From the NCBI GenBank assembly GCA_023269855.1, contig JAGDWP010000056.1, forward strand, positions 1-41,498: a stretch of 41,498 bases of DNA, written 5' to 3'. The notes beneath the pieces were generated by a model. That model was given only the letters and a program-made list of their open reading frames with translations. It was not told where the DNA came from and searched no databases. A program made the translations under genes and the position numbers. This document shows, piece by piece, positions 28,415 to 37,702 of this stretch. This DNA comes from Nitrososphaerales archaeon. Its GTDB lineage: Archaea; Thermoproteota; Nitrososphaeria_A; Caldarchaeales; Wolframiiraptoraceae. Position 1 is the stretch's first letter, and each line of letters begins with the position of its first letter.

Positions 28415-29422
28415 CTATATCATTCTAATAGAATGTAACGGTCTTATTTTAACTACTTCCCGATTGTAAAGGTTGTCTGGTTCCTCTCCTCTTAATACCT
28501 TGATTATCCCTTCTGCAGCATATTCGGCCATCCTGTTCCTAGTATCATGTGAGGCGCTACCAATATGTGGGGTTAGAACAACATTCGGTAAGTCTATAAA
28601 CGGGTGGTCATGTGGAAGAGGTTCTTCTTCGAAGACGTCTAAACCTGCCCCAGCAATCCATCCCTCTTTTAATGCTTTTAGTAAGGCTTTTTCATCAACT
28701 ACAGGTCCACGTGAGGTATTAACTAGTATTGCCGTAGGCTTCATAAGTCTAAGTTCCTTCTCACTTATCAAGTGTCTTGTCTCGGCTGTTAATGGGACAT
28801 GAATTGAGATAAAATCTGAAACTTTCAATAGTTCCTCTAATTCTAAGTATTCTATTCCTAGCTCCTTCTCTATGTCTGGACGACGTACGACATCATAGTA
28901 ACAGATTTTCATATTGAAGCCTTTAGCTCTTCTCGCTAATGCTGCTCCTATTCTACCTAGACCGATTATCCCCAGAGTTTTTCCATATACATCGTGTCCA
29001 AGCATCATTGTAGGAGCCCAAGCTAGTTTCCATCTACCCTCCCTAATCATTCTATCTCCCTCCACAATTCTTCTAGCTGTAGCTAACATTAATCCGAAAG
29101 CTAAGTCTGCAGTTGTTTCAGTTAGAACACCAGGCGTATGAACAACGTATACTCCCCGCTTAGTAGCATAATCAATGTCTATGTGGTCGACACCTACACT
29201 CATAGTCCCTATAACCTTTAACTTAGGTGATGAATCTATGACTTCTCTATCCATCTTCTCATTTAGAGTACAATAAATTGCATCTACATTTCTAATGTTC
29301 TCTATAATTTCTTCTTTACTAGGTGGGACAAGTTCATTTCGATAAATTACTTCACAATAGTTTCTGAGTAAATTTACCGCTACTTCCGGGATAGTTCTAG
29401 TCACATATACAATAGGCTTCAT
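28415..29422 (-). CDS. gyaR: Glyoxylate/hydroxypyruvate reductase (D-2-hydroxyacid dehydrogenase family)
   Basis: Contains the NAD fold 'LGIIGLGRIGAALARR', 'NTSRGPVVDE', 'AGLDVFEEEP', 'TPHIGSAS'. Confidence 0.85.
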   Translation of the reverse strand: MKPIVYVTRTIPEVAVNLLRNYCEVIYRNELVPPSKEEIIENIRNVDAIYCTLNEKMDREVIDSSPKLKVIGTMSVGVDHIDIDYATKRGVYVVHTPGVLTETTADLAFGLMLATARRIVEGDRMIREGRWKLAWAPTMMLGHDVYGKTLGIIGLGRIGAALARRAKGFNMKICYYDVVRRPDIEKELGIEYLELEELLKVSDFISIHVPLTAETRHLISEKELRLMKPTAILVNTSRGPVVDEKALLKALKEGWIAGAGLDVFEEEPLPHDHPFIDLPNVVLTPHIGSASHDTRNRMAEYAAEGIIKVLRGEEPDNLYNREVVKIRPLHSIRMI

Positions 29423-29766
29423 ATCTCTCTCCTACCATTCCTTACACCGAGAGATCTCTTAGCTCTAATATATAGTTGTGGCCACCTAGCTGCAATCTCC
29501 TTCTCAACAATCTTGGCAAGAAGATCACTTATACTAAATCTTGGAATCACATTCTTCCAATAATTTAAAACTGCGCTTGCAACAGGAGAATAAAAAGCTA
29601 ACCTAGGTTGTCTCCTCGCACCCTCAATAGCCATCCTCCAAAACTTCTCATCTACTCTTACAGCCGCCGATGGCTTCTTTCCAGCTGTTACACTCTTTCT
29701 CTTCTGCGCCGTATTCTTCTTTCTACTCGAGTTTTTTACGTTTTTCATAGGTATAACGTAAACCAT
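29419..29766 (-). CDS. Hypothetical basic protein (115 aa)
   Basis: A Lys/Arg/Ser-rich N-terminal tail (about 40 aa) precedes a helical core, 'FWRMAIEGARRQPRLAFYSPVASAVLNYWKNVIPRF'. A 4-nt overlap with gyaR suggests it is the first gene of the gyaR-suhB-taw1 strand run. The start could instead be the ATG at 29748. Confidence 0.5.
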   Translation of the reverse strand: MVYVIPMKNVKNSSRKKNTAQKRKSVTAGKKPSAAVRVDEKFWRMAIEGARRQPRLAFYSPVASAVLNYWKNVIPRFSISDLLAKIVEKEIAARWPQLYIRAKRSLGVRNGRREI

Positions 29767-30045
29767 CTAAGATTAAACTTTTACCTTGCTTATTCGTCAC
29801 CAACTGGCAATCCCATTCAAAACGGATTAGTAGGTTGACGGTTAATCCGCTATCAAAAGGATTAGTCCTTATAAATCTAAGGATCTGACCTATCTGCACA
29901 TAAAGTTTCCCCATTTTCAGTCCTAAGGATACCTCCCTACTGTTTTATTGGGAAACAAATCGGGTGGTGTGTCGTATAGTTGGATCAATAATTCAATCTG
30001 TACGGTATTAGATATCAGATGACAATTTGACATATAGATTGGTTA

Positions 30046-30073
30046 TAAGGTATAACGTTGATCTTATACCTTA
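30046..30073. promoter_or_regulatory. Perfect 10-bp inverted repeat (TAAGGTATAA-N8-TTATACCTTA) upstream of the Mrp/ApbC gene
   Basis: Read directly: arms at 30046-30055 and 30064-30073. It lies about 80 nt upstream of the ATG at 30155, in a 390-nt divergent intergenic region. Confidence 0.3.
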
Positions 30074-30154
30074 AACATTATACTACTTCTAGAGATAATT
30101 TTGTAGAACAATAAGATATTTATTGAAGGTTTGCTATTGGAGAGATGGTGTTTC

Positions 30155-31234
30155 ATGGTCTCAGAGGAGCAAGTGCTACAAGCGTTAAAGAGTGTTATGG
30201 ACCCTGAGCTGGGAAAGGATATTGTGAGTTTGGGTATGATTAAGGACCTAGAGGTTAAGGATGGAGTTGTATCTTTTGTTCTTGAACTTACTACTCCTGC
30301 ATGTCCTTTGAGGAGTGTTTTGGAAAAGAATGCGAGAGAGGTCGTTGAAAAATTAAATGGGGTTAAGGAAGTTAAGATAAAGATTTCTTCAAGAGTCTTG
30401 TCTTATCCTAGTGAAAAGAGTCTCCCAGGTGTGAAAAACATAATTGCAATTGCTAGTGGTAAAGGTGGAGTAGGGAAGTCTACCGTAGCTGTGAATTTGA
30501 CTTTAGCGTTAGCGTCAAAGAAGGCCAGCGTAGGATTACTGGATGCAGATATTTATGGTCCAACTATACCTAAGATGCTTGATATTATCCGTCCACCCTT
30601 CTATGTTGGCGGAGACAGGGTTGAGCCTGCTTTATCGTATATGGGGGTCAAGGTTATGTCTATCGGGTTGTTTACATCTGAAGATACTCCTGTGATTTGG
30701 AGGGGGCCGCTAGTGGGGAAAGCAATAGAGGAGATGTTGAAGCAGGCAGATTGGGGAGATATAGATTACTTGATTGTTGATCTGCCACCCGGTACTGGGG
30801 ATGCTTCACTAAGTCTTGCACAAGCAATACCTTTAACAGGAGTCGTAATTGTAACTACTCCGCAGGATGCTGCTCTGAGAATAGCTTTGAAAGCTTTAAG
30901 AATGTTCCAAAAGCTAAACGTCGAGATCATAGGCGTTATTGAGAATATGAGTTACCTTATCTGTCCGAATTGTGGTTCAAGATTAGAAGTATTTGGATCT
31001 GGAAACGTGTATAAAACATGCATAGAACTAGATATCCCGTATCTTGGTGAAATACCGCTAGCTCCAGAAGTTAGAGAGAGTGGGGATTTAGGTAGACCAG
31101 TAATTATTAGAGAACCTGAGTCACCTGCAAGTAAAGCATTTATTGAGATAGCTGAGAAGGTAGCAGGAAGAGTCAGCGTATTGGCTAGGAGAAAATCTGA
31201 ACAAACAGAGAAAAAGAGTGAGGAATCTAGATGA
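30155..31234 (+). CDS. mrp: Mrp/NBP35/ApbC family Fe-S cluster carrier ATPase with N-terminal DUF59 domain
   Basis: Contains DUF59 'VMDPELGKDIVSLGMI', the deviant Walker A 'SGKGGVGKST', and 'CPNCG' cluster-ligand cysteines. The ATG at 30155 is preferred over the TTG at 30131. Confidence 0.9.
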   Translation: MVSEEQVLQALKSVMDPELGKDIVSLGMIKDLEVKDGVVSFVLELTTPACPLRSVLEKNAREVVEKLNGVKEVKIKISSRVLSYPSEKSLPGVKNIIAIASGKGGVGKSTVAVNLTLALASKKASVGLLDADIYGPTIPKMLDIIRPPFYVGGDRVEPALSYMGVKVMSIGLFTSEDTPVIWRGPLVGKAIEEMLKQADWGDIDYLIVDLPPGTGDASLSLAQAIPLTGVVIVTTPQDAALRIALKALRMFQKLNVEIIGVIENMSYLICPNCGSRLEVFGSGNVYKTCIELDIPYLGEIPLAPEVRESGDLGRPVIIREPESPASKAFIEIAEKVAGRVSVLARRKSEQTEKKSEESR

Positions 31235-31889
31235 CGGGCTCTAACCCAGGGATCTTAATCCGATTGTATAACATGTCTAACGCTTTAAGCATTGAGTAGA
31301 TCCAGATAAAGTATACTATTGTTATGAATGCGTATGTTTCGAGAGGTCTGAAGGTTTGAGCAGTAATCGAGATTCCAGTATTGAGGAATTCTCTAACACC
31401 GATAACTATTAATGCTGTTGTACTCTTGCCCATTGACGCAAGCTCGTTACTCCATGCTGGGATAACAATTCTCAATGCTTGGGGAACGACAACGTATAGA
31501 AATATTTTCCACATAGGTAGACCGAGAGAGATAGCTGCCATTAGCTGGTCTTTGAAGACGGCTTCCATTGCACCTTTTAAATATCCTTTCTGATAAGCTC
31601 CACTATTCAATGCTAGAGTCAATATAGCTGTCATCATAACATCCATTCTTAAACCTGTTATGTAGGGTACCGTAAAGTAGAAGATGAATAGCTGGACTAT
31701 TAATGGTGACCCTCTGAAGAATTCAACATAAACGTTTACGATTATCTTAATAATTTTGCCTCCATAAATGTCTCCTAATGCTGCTAGTATACCTAGGATT
31801 AATCCTAGACCGACCCCTATCAGAGTTACTTCCACGGTTATGAGGAAGCCGTTTATCAAGAACATTGAGTAATCAAGTAGAAACCACAT
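31227..31889 (-). CDS. Polar amino acid ABC transporter permease
   Basis: 220 aa and polytopic, His/Glu/Gln/Arg-type. It has an EAA-like loop 'EAVFKDQLMAAISLGLPMWKIFLYVVVPQAL'. Confidence 0.85.
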   Translation of the reverse strand: MWFLLDYSMFLINGFLITVEVTLIGVGLGLILGILAALGDIYGGKIIKIIVNVYVEFFRGSPLIVQLFIFYFTVPYITGLRMDVMMTAILTLALNSGAYQKGYLKGAMEAVFKDQLMAAISLGLPMWKIFLYVVVPQALRIVIPAWSNELASMGKSTTALIVIGVREFLNTGISITAQTFRPLETYAFITIVYFIWIYSMLKALDMLYNRIKIPGLEPVI

Positions 31890-31899
31890 CTACTTTATC

Positions 31900-32634
31900 T
31901 CACCCTAAGATTTTCGCCATAAACTTCTTAGCCCTCTCAGTATTGGGAGATGTGAAAAAGTGGTCTGGTGAACCGATCTCTATTATCTGACCTTGATCCA
32001 TGAATATCATTTCATCTGCAACTTCTCTCGCGAAGCGTAGCTCATGGGTTGCTACAAGCATTGTTGTACCTCTCTCTGCGAGATCTTTCATTACAGTGAT
32101 GACTTCCCACTTCAATTCTACGTCTAATGCTGCTGTAGGCTCATCAAATAGAACCACTTCAGGATCCATGGCTATAGCTCTAGCGATTCCTACTCTCTGC
32201 TGTTGACCTCCTGAGAGCTGAGAAGGATAATAGTTAGCCCAATCCTCCATTCTAACAAGCTTTAAAGCTTCGTAAGCTTTTCTCCTTGCCTCATTATCAG
32301 ACAAACCCAAGACATGTTTTAAACCAAGCATAACGTTTCCAATCGCTGTCAAGTGACGGAAAAGAGATGGATCTTGAAATACGAACCCTATCCTTGCTCT
32401 AAGCTTGTTTAAATCTTGTCTAGAAGCATATACATCTGTCCCGTTAAATAATATTGTGCCTTTCGTAGGCTTCTCGAGGAGACCGAGACATCTAAGTAAT
32501 GTTGATTTACCTGAACCGCTTGGACCGAAGATTACTTTTGTCTCTCCTCTATCTATTCCTAGGGAAACATTGTTTACAGCTACTACTTTTCCATAGACTT
32601 TTGTTAATTCACGGCACTCTAATATAGTGGTCAT
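31900..32634 (-). CDS. Polar amino acid ABC transporter ATP-binding protein (GlnQ-like)
   Basis: Contains 'GPSGSGKST', 'LSGGQQQRVGIARA', 'VVLFDEPTAALD', and H-loop 'ATHE'. Confidence 0.92.
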   Translation of the reverse strand: MTTILECRELTKVYGKVVAVNNVSLGIDRGETKVIFGPSGSGKSTLLRCLGLLEKPTKGTILFNGTDVYASRQDLNKLRARIGFVFQDPSLFRHLTAIGNVMLGLKHVLGLSDNEARRKAYEALKLVRMEDWANYYPSQLSGGQQQRVGIARAIAMDPEVVLFDEPTAALDVELKWEVITVMKDLAERGTTMLVATHELRFAREVADEMIFMDQGQIIEIGSPDHFFTSPNTERAKKFMAKILG

Positions 32635-33281
32635 AATCCCAACTCCTTTTTCTTCCTACTACCCCATTTATCAAGATATGTAGCAAGAGGGAAAGTCATG
32701 GCAACATATATTATTGCAGAAGCAATATATGGTAGAACTAATGATCTTTGCGATGCTCTAAGAATATCTGTATGCTTCATTAATTCTATTACTCCAATAA
32801 TGAATGAGTATGCTGAATCTTTTATGAGTAATGCTATCTCGCTACCCAAGCCTGGTACAGCTAGGAATAATGCTTGCGGTAGAATCACATATCTCATAGC
32901 TTTTAGCTCAGTTAAACCTAACGATATCGCTGCAAGCATCTGGGATCTACCTACGCTGCCTATCGCACTCCTAAAGATTTGCGATTGATTTGCACCACTA
33001 ACAATGCCTAACGAGATTACTGAAGTAAAGAATGGATCTTTAAAGATTTGAATATATGGTCCCACACCGAAATAAAGTAATAGCATTACCGCGAGGACAG
33101 GGACTGATCTGAAAAATTTTTCATAACTATCAGAAAAGTATCTAAGAGGAGTTGAACCATATATTCTCATAAATGCAAACAGTATCCCTAGACCTAGTCC
33201 AAGTAAAAAAGAGAGGAAGGATATTGCTAGGGTTATGGGTACTGCTTTCAATAAGAATATTATCTGCTCTAGTGGCGTCAT
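32631..33281 (-). CDS. Polar amino acid ABC transporter permease (second subunit)
   Basis: 216 aa. Contains 'SVGRSQMLAAISLGLTELKAMRYVILPQAL'. There is a 4-nt overlap with the ATPase gene. Confidence 0.85.
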   Translation of the reverse strand: MTPLEQIIFLLKAVPITLAISFLSFLLGLGLGILFAFMRIYGSTPLRYFSDSYEKFFRSVPVLAVMLLLYFGVGPYIQIFKDPFFTSVISLGIVSGANQSQIFRSAIGSVGRSQMLAAISLGLTELKAMRYVILPQALFLAVPGLGSEIALLIKDSAYSFIIGVIELMKHTDILRASQRSLVLPYIASAIIYVAMTFPLATYLDKWGSRKKKELGL

Positions 33282-33297
33282 GGTTGATTAAGTATTT

Positions 33298-34254
33298 CTA
33301 ACTTGATGGTGGAGTAGTCCACTTCTTATATAGTTCTGCAACCTTTCCCTCAACTATCAACTCTGCTAAGACACCGTTTATCTTTGAGACTAGTTCATCT
33401 GAGTCTTTATGAGCTATGAAGCCAACGGGCCAGTATGGTTTACTGAATACTACGACTAGTGGTGTCTCCTCGGTCATCAACCACCACGTAGTTACAGGTG
33501 TCTCTGCATACAGTGCATCAATTCTACCGAGCTTCAAATCTTCGAGAGCAACCATGAAGTCATCATATGATCTAGCTTCATCTGGTGAGAGGACACCTTT
33601 TTTAACTAAGTCCATCAATTCTGCTTCCTGTGTTGTGCCAGAACCTGTTCCAATGACCAGTTTATAATCTGCTGCTTTCTCTAAATTTTCAAGTCTTGTT
33701 ATTCCAAGTTGCTGAGCTTTATCCTTTAACATTATCAATTGGGATTCTGTTATAGTGTGGTATAATGTATATTGAACAACATCAAGTCTTTCAGGGGTTA
33801 CTGAGAATCCACTAACACCTAGGTCGATATCTTTATGCTCGACTGCAACGATGATAGTAGCGAAATCCATGGTTTTCCATTCAACTTTTAATCCAAGTCT
33901 CTCCGCTATCAATTCCATTAACTCAACCTCGAAGCCTGTAAGTTTACCTGTCTGAGGATCGAGAAATTCGAATGGCGGCCAGTCTGGAGAAGTCCCAACT
34001 ATTATTGTTCCTCTCTTCTGAATATTCTCCCATACTTCATCCTTTACAGCTCCTGTGATGGTTCTTTCAACAGTTACTGTTTGGGTTACAGTCTGCGCCA
34101 CACCGACTGTAGTAGTGTAAGTAACTTCTCTAGGAGGGAGTATAAGTGGCTCTACAGCTGCTACGATTGCAAGCACAATTACGACTACGACGAGAATTGC
34201 TACTATTCTAGAAATACCTCCAACACTTTTTAGAAATTTCCCTCTCCCACGCAT
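33298..34254 (-). CDS. Amino acid ABC transporter substrate-binding protein (family 3), membrane anchored
   Basis: An N-terminal TM 'IVAILVVVVIVLAIVAAV' is followed by a Thr/Val-rich linker and then an SBP fold ('GTIIVGTSPDWPPFEF', 'GFEVELM', 'DLGVSGFSVTPER'). Confidence 0.8.
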   Translation of the reverse strand: MRGRGKFLKSVGGISRIVAILVVVVIVLAIVAAVEPLILPPREVTYTTTVGVAQTVTQTVTVERTITGAVKDEVWENIQKRGTIIVGTSPDWPPFEFLDPQTGKLTGFEVELMELIAERLGLKVEWKTMDFATIIVAVEHKDIDLGVSGFSVTPERLDVVQYTLYHTITESQLIMLKDKAQQLGITRLENLEKAADYKLVIGTGSGTTQEAELMDLVKKGVLSPDEARSYDDFMVALEDLKLGRIDALYAETPVTTWWLMTEETPLVVVFSKPYWPVGFIAHKDSDELVSKINGVLAELIVEGKVAELYKKWTTPPSS

Positions 34255-34308
34255 ATAAGATTAAATGTTGAAATGGTTATTAAAAGTTTTCTAAATTTTT
34301 ACGATAGA

Positions 34309-36498
34309 TTACTCTTCTTCTACGAAATCCGATATTTTCGGAATACTTAGAGGCAGACCCTTCCTCTTTCTTATCTCTTCTATCACTTTGTCTCTTATCG
34401 ATGATGGTACTGGCTTCCAGGCATAGAATTCTGTGGCCCAGAATGCTTTACCCATCGTTGCACCACGCATTACTTCACTTAAATCAAAAGTCTCAGCTGC
34501 AGGGATTTCTCCAGAGACAACCGTGATGTATTCTTGCTGACTAACTTCTAAGACTCTTCCTCTCTTAGATGTTATGACGCTTGTCACTGCGCCCATAAGG
34601 TCTGGTGGAACTTTAGCTTCAATCTTCAAGACGGGTTCAAGGAGTATTGGGTTAGCGCTTAGTATGCTGGCATACATGCTTCTCCATGTTGCTGGAGCTA
34701 TCTGTGCGTATCCTCTGTGGACAGGGTCTTCGTGGAGTTCAACGTTTACTAGTATTGCTTTTATTCCACGCATGTTCTCTGCTGCTAGTGGACCTTCCTG
34801 CACTACTCTCTGGAAACCTCCAATAATCATCATCTTACTTTCCTGTAGATACTGTGCTCCCTTCGTCATATCTACGAGAATGTTTCCTCTAGGATCGATT
34901 GCCCACACACCTCTCGCCATATCTGCATCCCATCCATGATCCCTAAGCACCTTGGCTATCTGTTTCCTATCCATTTCATCGAATAATTCTCCTCTTCTAA
35001 TAAGCTCGATAATTTCTTCTTCAAGAGGCTCAACTTGAATGTATATCTTATTATGTCTATTCGGAGATTTCCCTTCAAAGACCTTACCCTTCTGCGTAAT
35101 AGTTTCTCGGTAAAGTATTATGGGCTTACTAGCTACTACTTCGAGCCCGGCTTTAGATATCCATGTCAAGGCTATCTCTAAGTGTAGAGTGCCCATACCG
35201 CTTATCAGATACTCTCCAGTTTCAGGTCTAACAGTAGTAACAAGCGTGGGATCTTCGATGCTGAGCTTATTCAAGAAATCTACCAACTTTGGGAGATCTC
35301 TACTATGCTTTGGTTCAACAGAGATGGTAACAACAGGCTCTGAAACATATTTCAATGATTCGAAAGGTATCGTCTCAACAGTTGCTAAAGTGTCTCCAGC
35401 TCTTGCCTCCTCTATTCCAAGAAGTGCTGGAATATTCCCAGCTGGTAGAGTGCCTACAATCTCCCTATTCGGACCCATATAGACTGTTACCTGCTGAATT
35501 CTCTTCTTAATGTTCCTTCCAACTATAAGTAGGTAGTCTCCCTCATTTACTGTTCCACTGAATAGTCTACCTGTAGCTACTACTCCAGCTTGAGGGTCAA
35601 CTTTAACATCTGTTACCACCATTACTACTGGTCCTTTTTCATCACAGTTCAACATTGCTTGTCCAACTTCGTCTTCTATGTCTCCTTTCCAGATCTTTGG
35701 TATCCTATATTTCTGAGCAACATGAGGTGGCGGGTGATGGGTTATAACCATCTCGAGTATGGCTTCGTGGAGTGGAGTGTTCTCTCTAAGCCATTCAATA
35801 TCATTGTTAGTGAAAGCTTTTAGAACATCTGAGAATTTTATACCTTTCTTTTGAGCTTGCTGGAGAGTGAAACCCCACCTATCTTTTGCACTACCTATAG
35901 CTACATTACCTGCTTGGAAGCTGACCTTCCACTTCTCTCTATATTCTGGTTCAGCATACATTTCTATCAATCTGTTAACTTCTAAAACGATTCTTCCCAA
36001 TGTTTCCTGTATTTTTTCAGGTGTAAGCCTAAGCTCTTTAATAAGTCTATCAATCTTGTTAATGTATAAGACGGGTTTAACTCTTTCTTGAACAGCTTGC
36101 CTTATAACTGTTTCAGTCTGCGTCATTACTCCCTCTACTGCATCTACTACTACTACTGCTCCGTCTATCGCTCTCAACGCTCTAGTAACTCTACCACTAA
36201 AATCTACGTGCCCCGGAGTATCTATTAAATTAATTACATAAGGCTTCCCATCCATTTCATAGTATAGTGAAATGTTAGCAGCCTTAATCGTCATCTGCCT
36301 TTGCTGTTCTTCTTCTAAGTAGTCTAACGCTAATGCTTTCCCAGCTAACGTAGGTGACAATAACCCAGCAGCTGCAAGTAAGCTATCCGTAGTAGTAGTT
36401 TTTCCATGATCAACATGCGCTATTATCCCTATATTCCTTATCTGGTCTTTCTGGTGGAGTATGTCTAAGACTTCTGAGATCTTCTTAACTCGAGGCAT
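34309..36498 (-). CDS. fusA: Translation elongation factor aEF-2
   Basis: Contains 'IGIIAHVDHGKTT', 'DTPGHVDF', 'NKIDR', and the diphthamide-loop region 'HEDPVHRG'. Length is 729 aa. Confidence 0.97.
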   Translation of the reverse strand: MPRVKKISEVLDILHQKDQIRNIGIIAHVDHGKTTTTDSLLAAAGLLSPTLAGKALALDYLEEEQQRQMTIKAANISLYYEMDGKPYVINLIDTPGHVDFSGRVTRALRAIDGAVVVVDAVEGVMTQTETVIRQAVQERVKPVLYINKIDRLIKELRLTPEKIQETLGRIVLEVNRLIEMYAEPEYREKWKVSFQAGNVAIGSAKDRWGFTLQQAQKKGIKFSDVLKAFTNNDIEWLRENTPLHEAILEMVITHHPPPHVAQKYRIPKIWKGDIEDEVGQAMLNCDEKGPVVMVVTDVKVDPQAGVVATGRLFSGTVNEGDYLLIVGRNIKKRIQQVTVYMGPNREIVGTLPAGNIPALLGIEEARAGDTLATVETIPFESLKYVSEPVVTISVEPKHSRDLPKLVDFLNKLSIEDPTLVTTVRPETGEYLISGMGTLHLEIALTWISKAGLEVVASKPIILYRETITQKGKVFEGKSPNRHNKIYIQVEPLEEEIIELIRRGELFDEMDRKQIAKVLRDHGWDADMARGVWAIDPRGNILVDMTKGAQYLQESKMMIIGGFQRVVQEGPLAAENMRGIKAILVNVELHEDPVHRGYAQIAPATWRSMYASILSANPILLEPVLKIEAKVPPDLMGAVTSVITSKRGRVLEVSQQEYITVVSGEIPAAETFDLSEVMRGATMGKAFWATEFYAWKPVPSSIRDKVIEEIRKRKGLPLSIPKISDFVEEE

Positions 36499-36675
36499 TC
36501 CCTCTCTTCTCCTTCAATATCAATTCTCCCGATCTATTTAACGCTACTGATCCCCGAACATCGAGATAACTAAGCCAACTCCCAAAGACCAGTTTTTGTA
36601 AAGAGATTAAAATCAACTATATAATGTAATATTCTACTGCTGGTGTGAGAAAGCTTGATTGGTTTAGTTATCAAT

Positions 36676-37023
36676 TTATACTTCATGGTCGGGTTTTCTA
36701 GTTAAACTGACATAATCCATTCTAGGTGGTACGAAGATATCTAAGATTAGTACTTCCTCAATTGCCTCAAAGCCATGTTCTTCATTAGCGGGTATACAGT
36801 ATGAGTCGCCTTCAGAAACTTCTATCTTGGCATCTTTTGTTGCAAAAACTCCTCTTCCCGAGATAACTAACCCATACTGGGATTGAGGATGAGCATGCAT
36901 TGGAACTATCCCACCTGCTTCAATCTTAAACAACATTAAGAGACATCTTTCATCATAACTTAGCGGAGTAGCTGAAATTTTCTCTCGAAGATTAATCCAG
37001 CTACCTTTTCTCCAGACCTTCAT
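36676..37023 (-). CDS. Cupin-domain protein
   Basis: 115 aa. Contains cupin motif 1-like 'GGIVPMHAHPQSQYGLVISG' and motif 2-like 'GDSYCIPANEEHGFEA'. Confidence 0.65.
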   Translation of the reverse strand: MKVWRKGSWINLREKISATPLSYDERCLLMLFKIEAGGIVPMHAHPQSQYGLVISGRGVFATKDAKIEVSEGDSYCIPANEEHGFEAIEEVLILDIFVPPRMDYVSLTRKPDHEV

Positions 37024-37177
37024 GTTGAAGCTGAATCATTACCTTTCTAATTAACTTTCCCACGTCTAACTAGAACCTATCTCATCAAACTCATAATCAT
37101 GGAATCACACTGTTGGGTACCCGTCCACTTTCAGATAGGTCTCCAAGAAATATATTCCACCAATTCAATATTAATTT

Positions 37178-37702
37178 TTGAGTAACTTGAACGAGATCGA
37201 CTTTGACACAACTCTTGCATGCAGGTTCTATCATGAACCGATAGAGTTTAAAGAATTATCACCATATTTAGCTAGGAATGGCTGGATTGTTATGGAAAGA
37301 AAATTAGAGAAAGACGGAGTTGTCATTGAATATACTGCAAAGAGCATAGACGGATTAGAAATCCTTTTTTCACTAAAGAATAAAAGAGCCTTCCCAGATT
37401 TTAAAACTATTGAAAACCTTTTTAAGACATTACTAAATTATTTTTGGTATATCGACGTATATCACTGTTTCAGAAACTTAGATGTAGTTACCGTCGCTGA
37501 AAAGATTGGCTTAGATCTTGGAACGTCCAAAATAAGAAGAATAAAACTTGGTAGAATAGAAGTTTCAATCGAAGGATACAAGTTGACTGGTAAACTTATA
37601 GTTAGCTACAGAGTCGGTTTGAGAGAAGTGGATGATGTGAAGAAGATTTATTCAAAGCTTCTATACAAAATCTTAACTGTTAAAGGTGTGGAAAATGAGT
37701 GA
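37178..37702 (+). CDS. Hypothetical protein, first gene of the crenactin operon (positional arcadin candidate)
   Basis: 174 aa with a TTG start. The start is about 26 nt downstream of the TATA-like AAATATATT (37148-37156), which suggests a leaderless mRNA. Its stop (37700-37702) overlaps the crenactin ATG (ATGAGTGA). I recognise no family motif. The internal ATG (MERKLEK...) is an alternative start. Confidence 0.55.
   Translation: MSNLNEIDFDTTLACRFYHEPIEFKELSPYLARNGWIVMERKLEKDGVVIEYTAKSIDGLEILFSLKNKRAFPDFKTIENLFKTLLNYFWYIDVYHCFRNLDVVTVAEKIGLDLGTSKIRRIKLGRIEVSIEGYKLTGKLIVSYRVGLREVDDVKKIYSKLLYKILTVKGVENE

Noticed and set aside
29723-29914. A 63-aa minus-strand ORF upstream of the 115-aa basic protein gene.
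   Set aside because: It overlaps the 115-aa gene start by 44 nt in another frame, has no recognisable motif, and lies in what is more plausibly the promoter and leader region.
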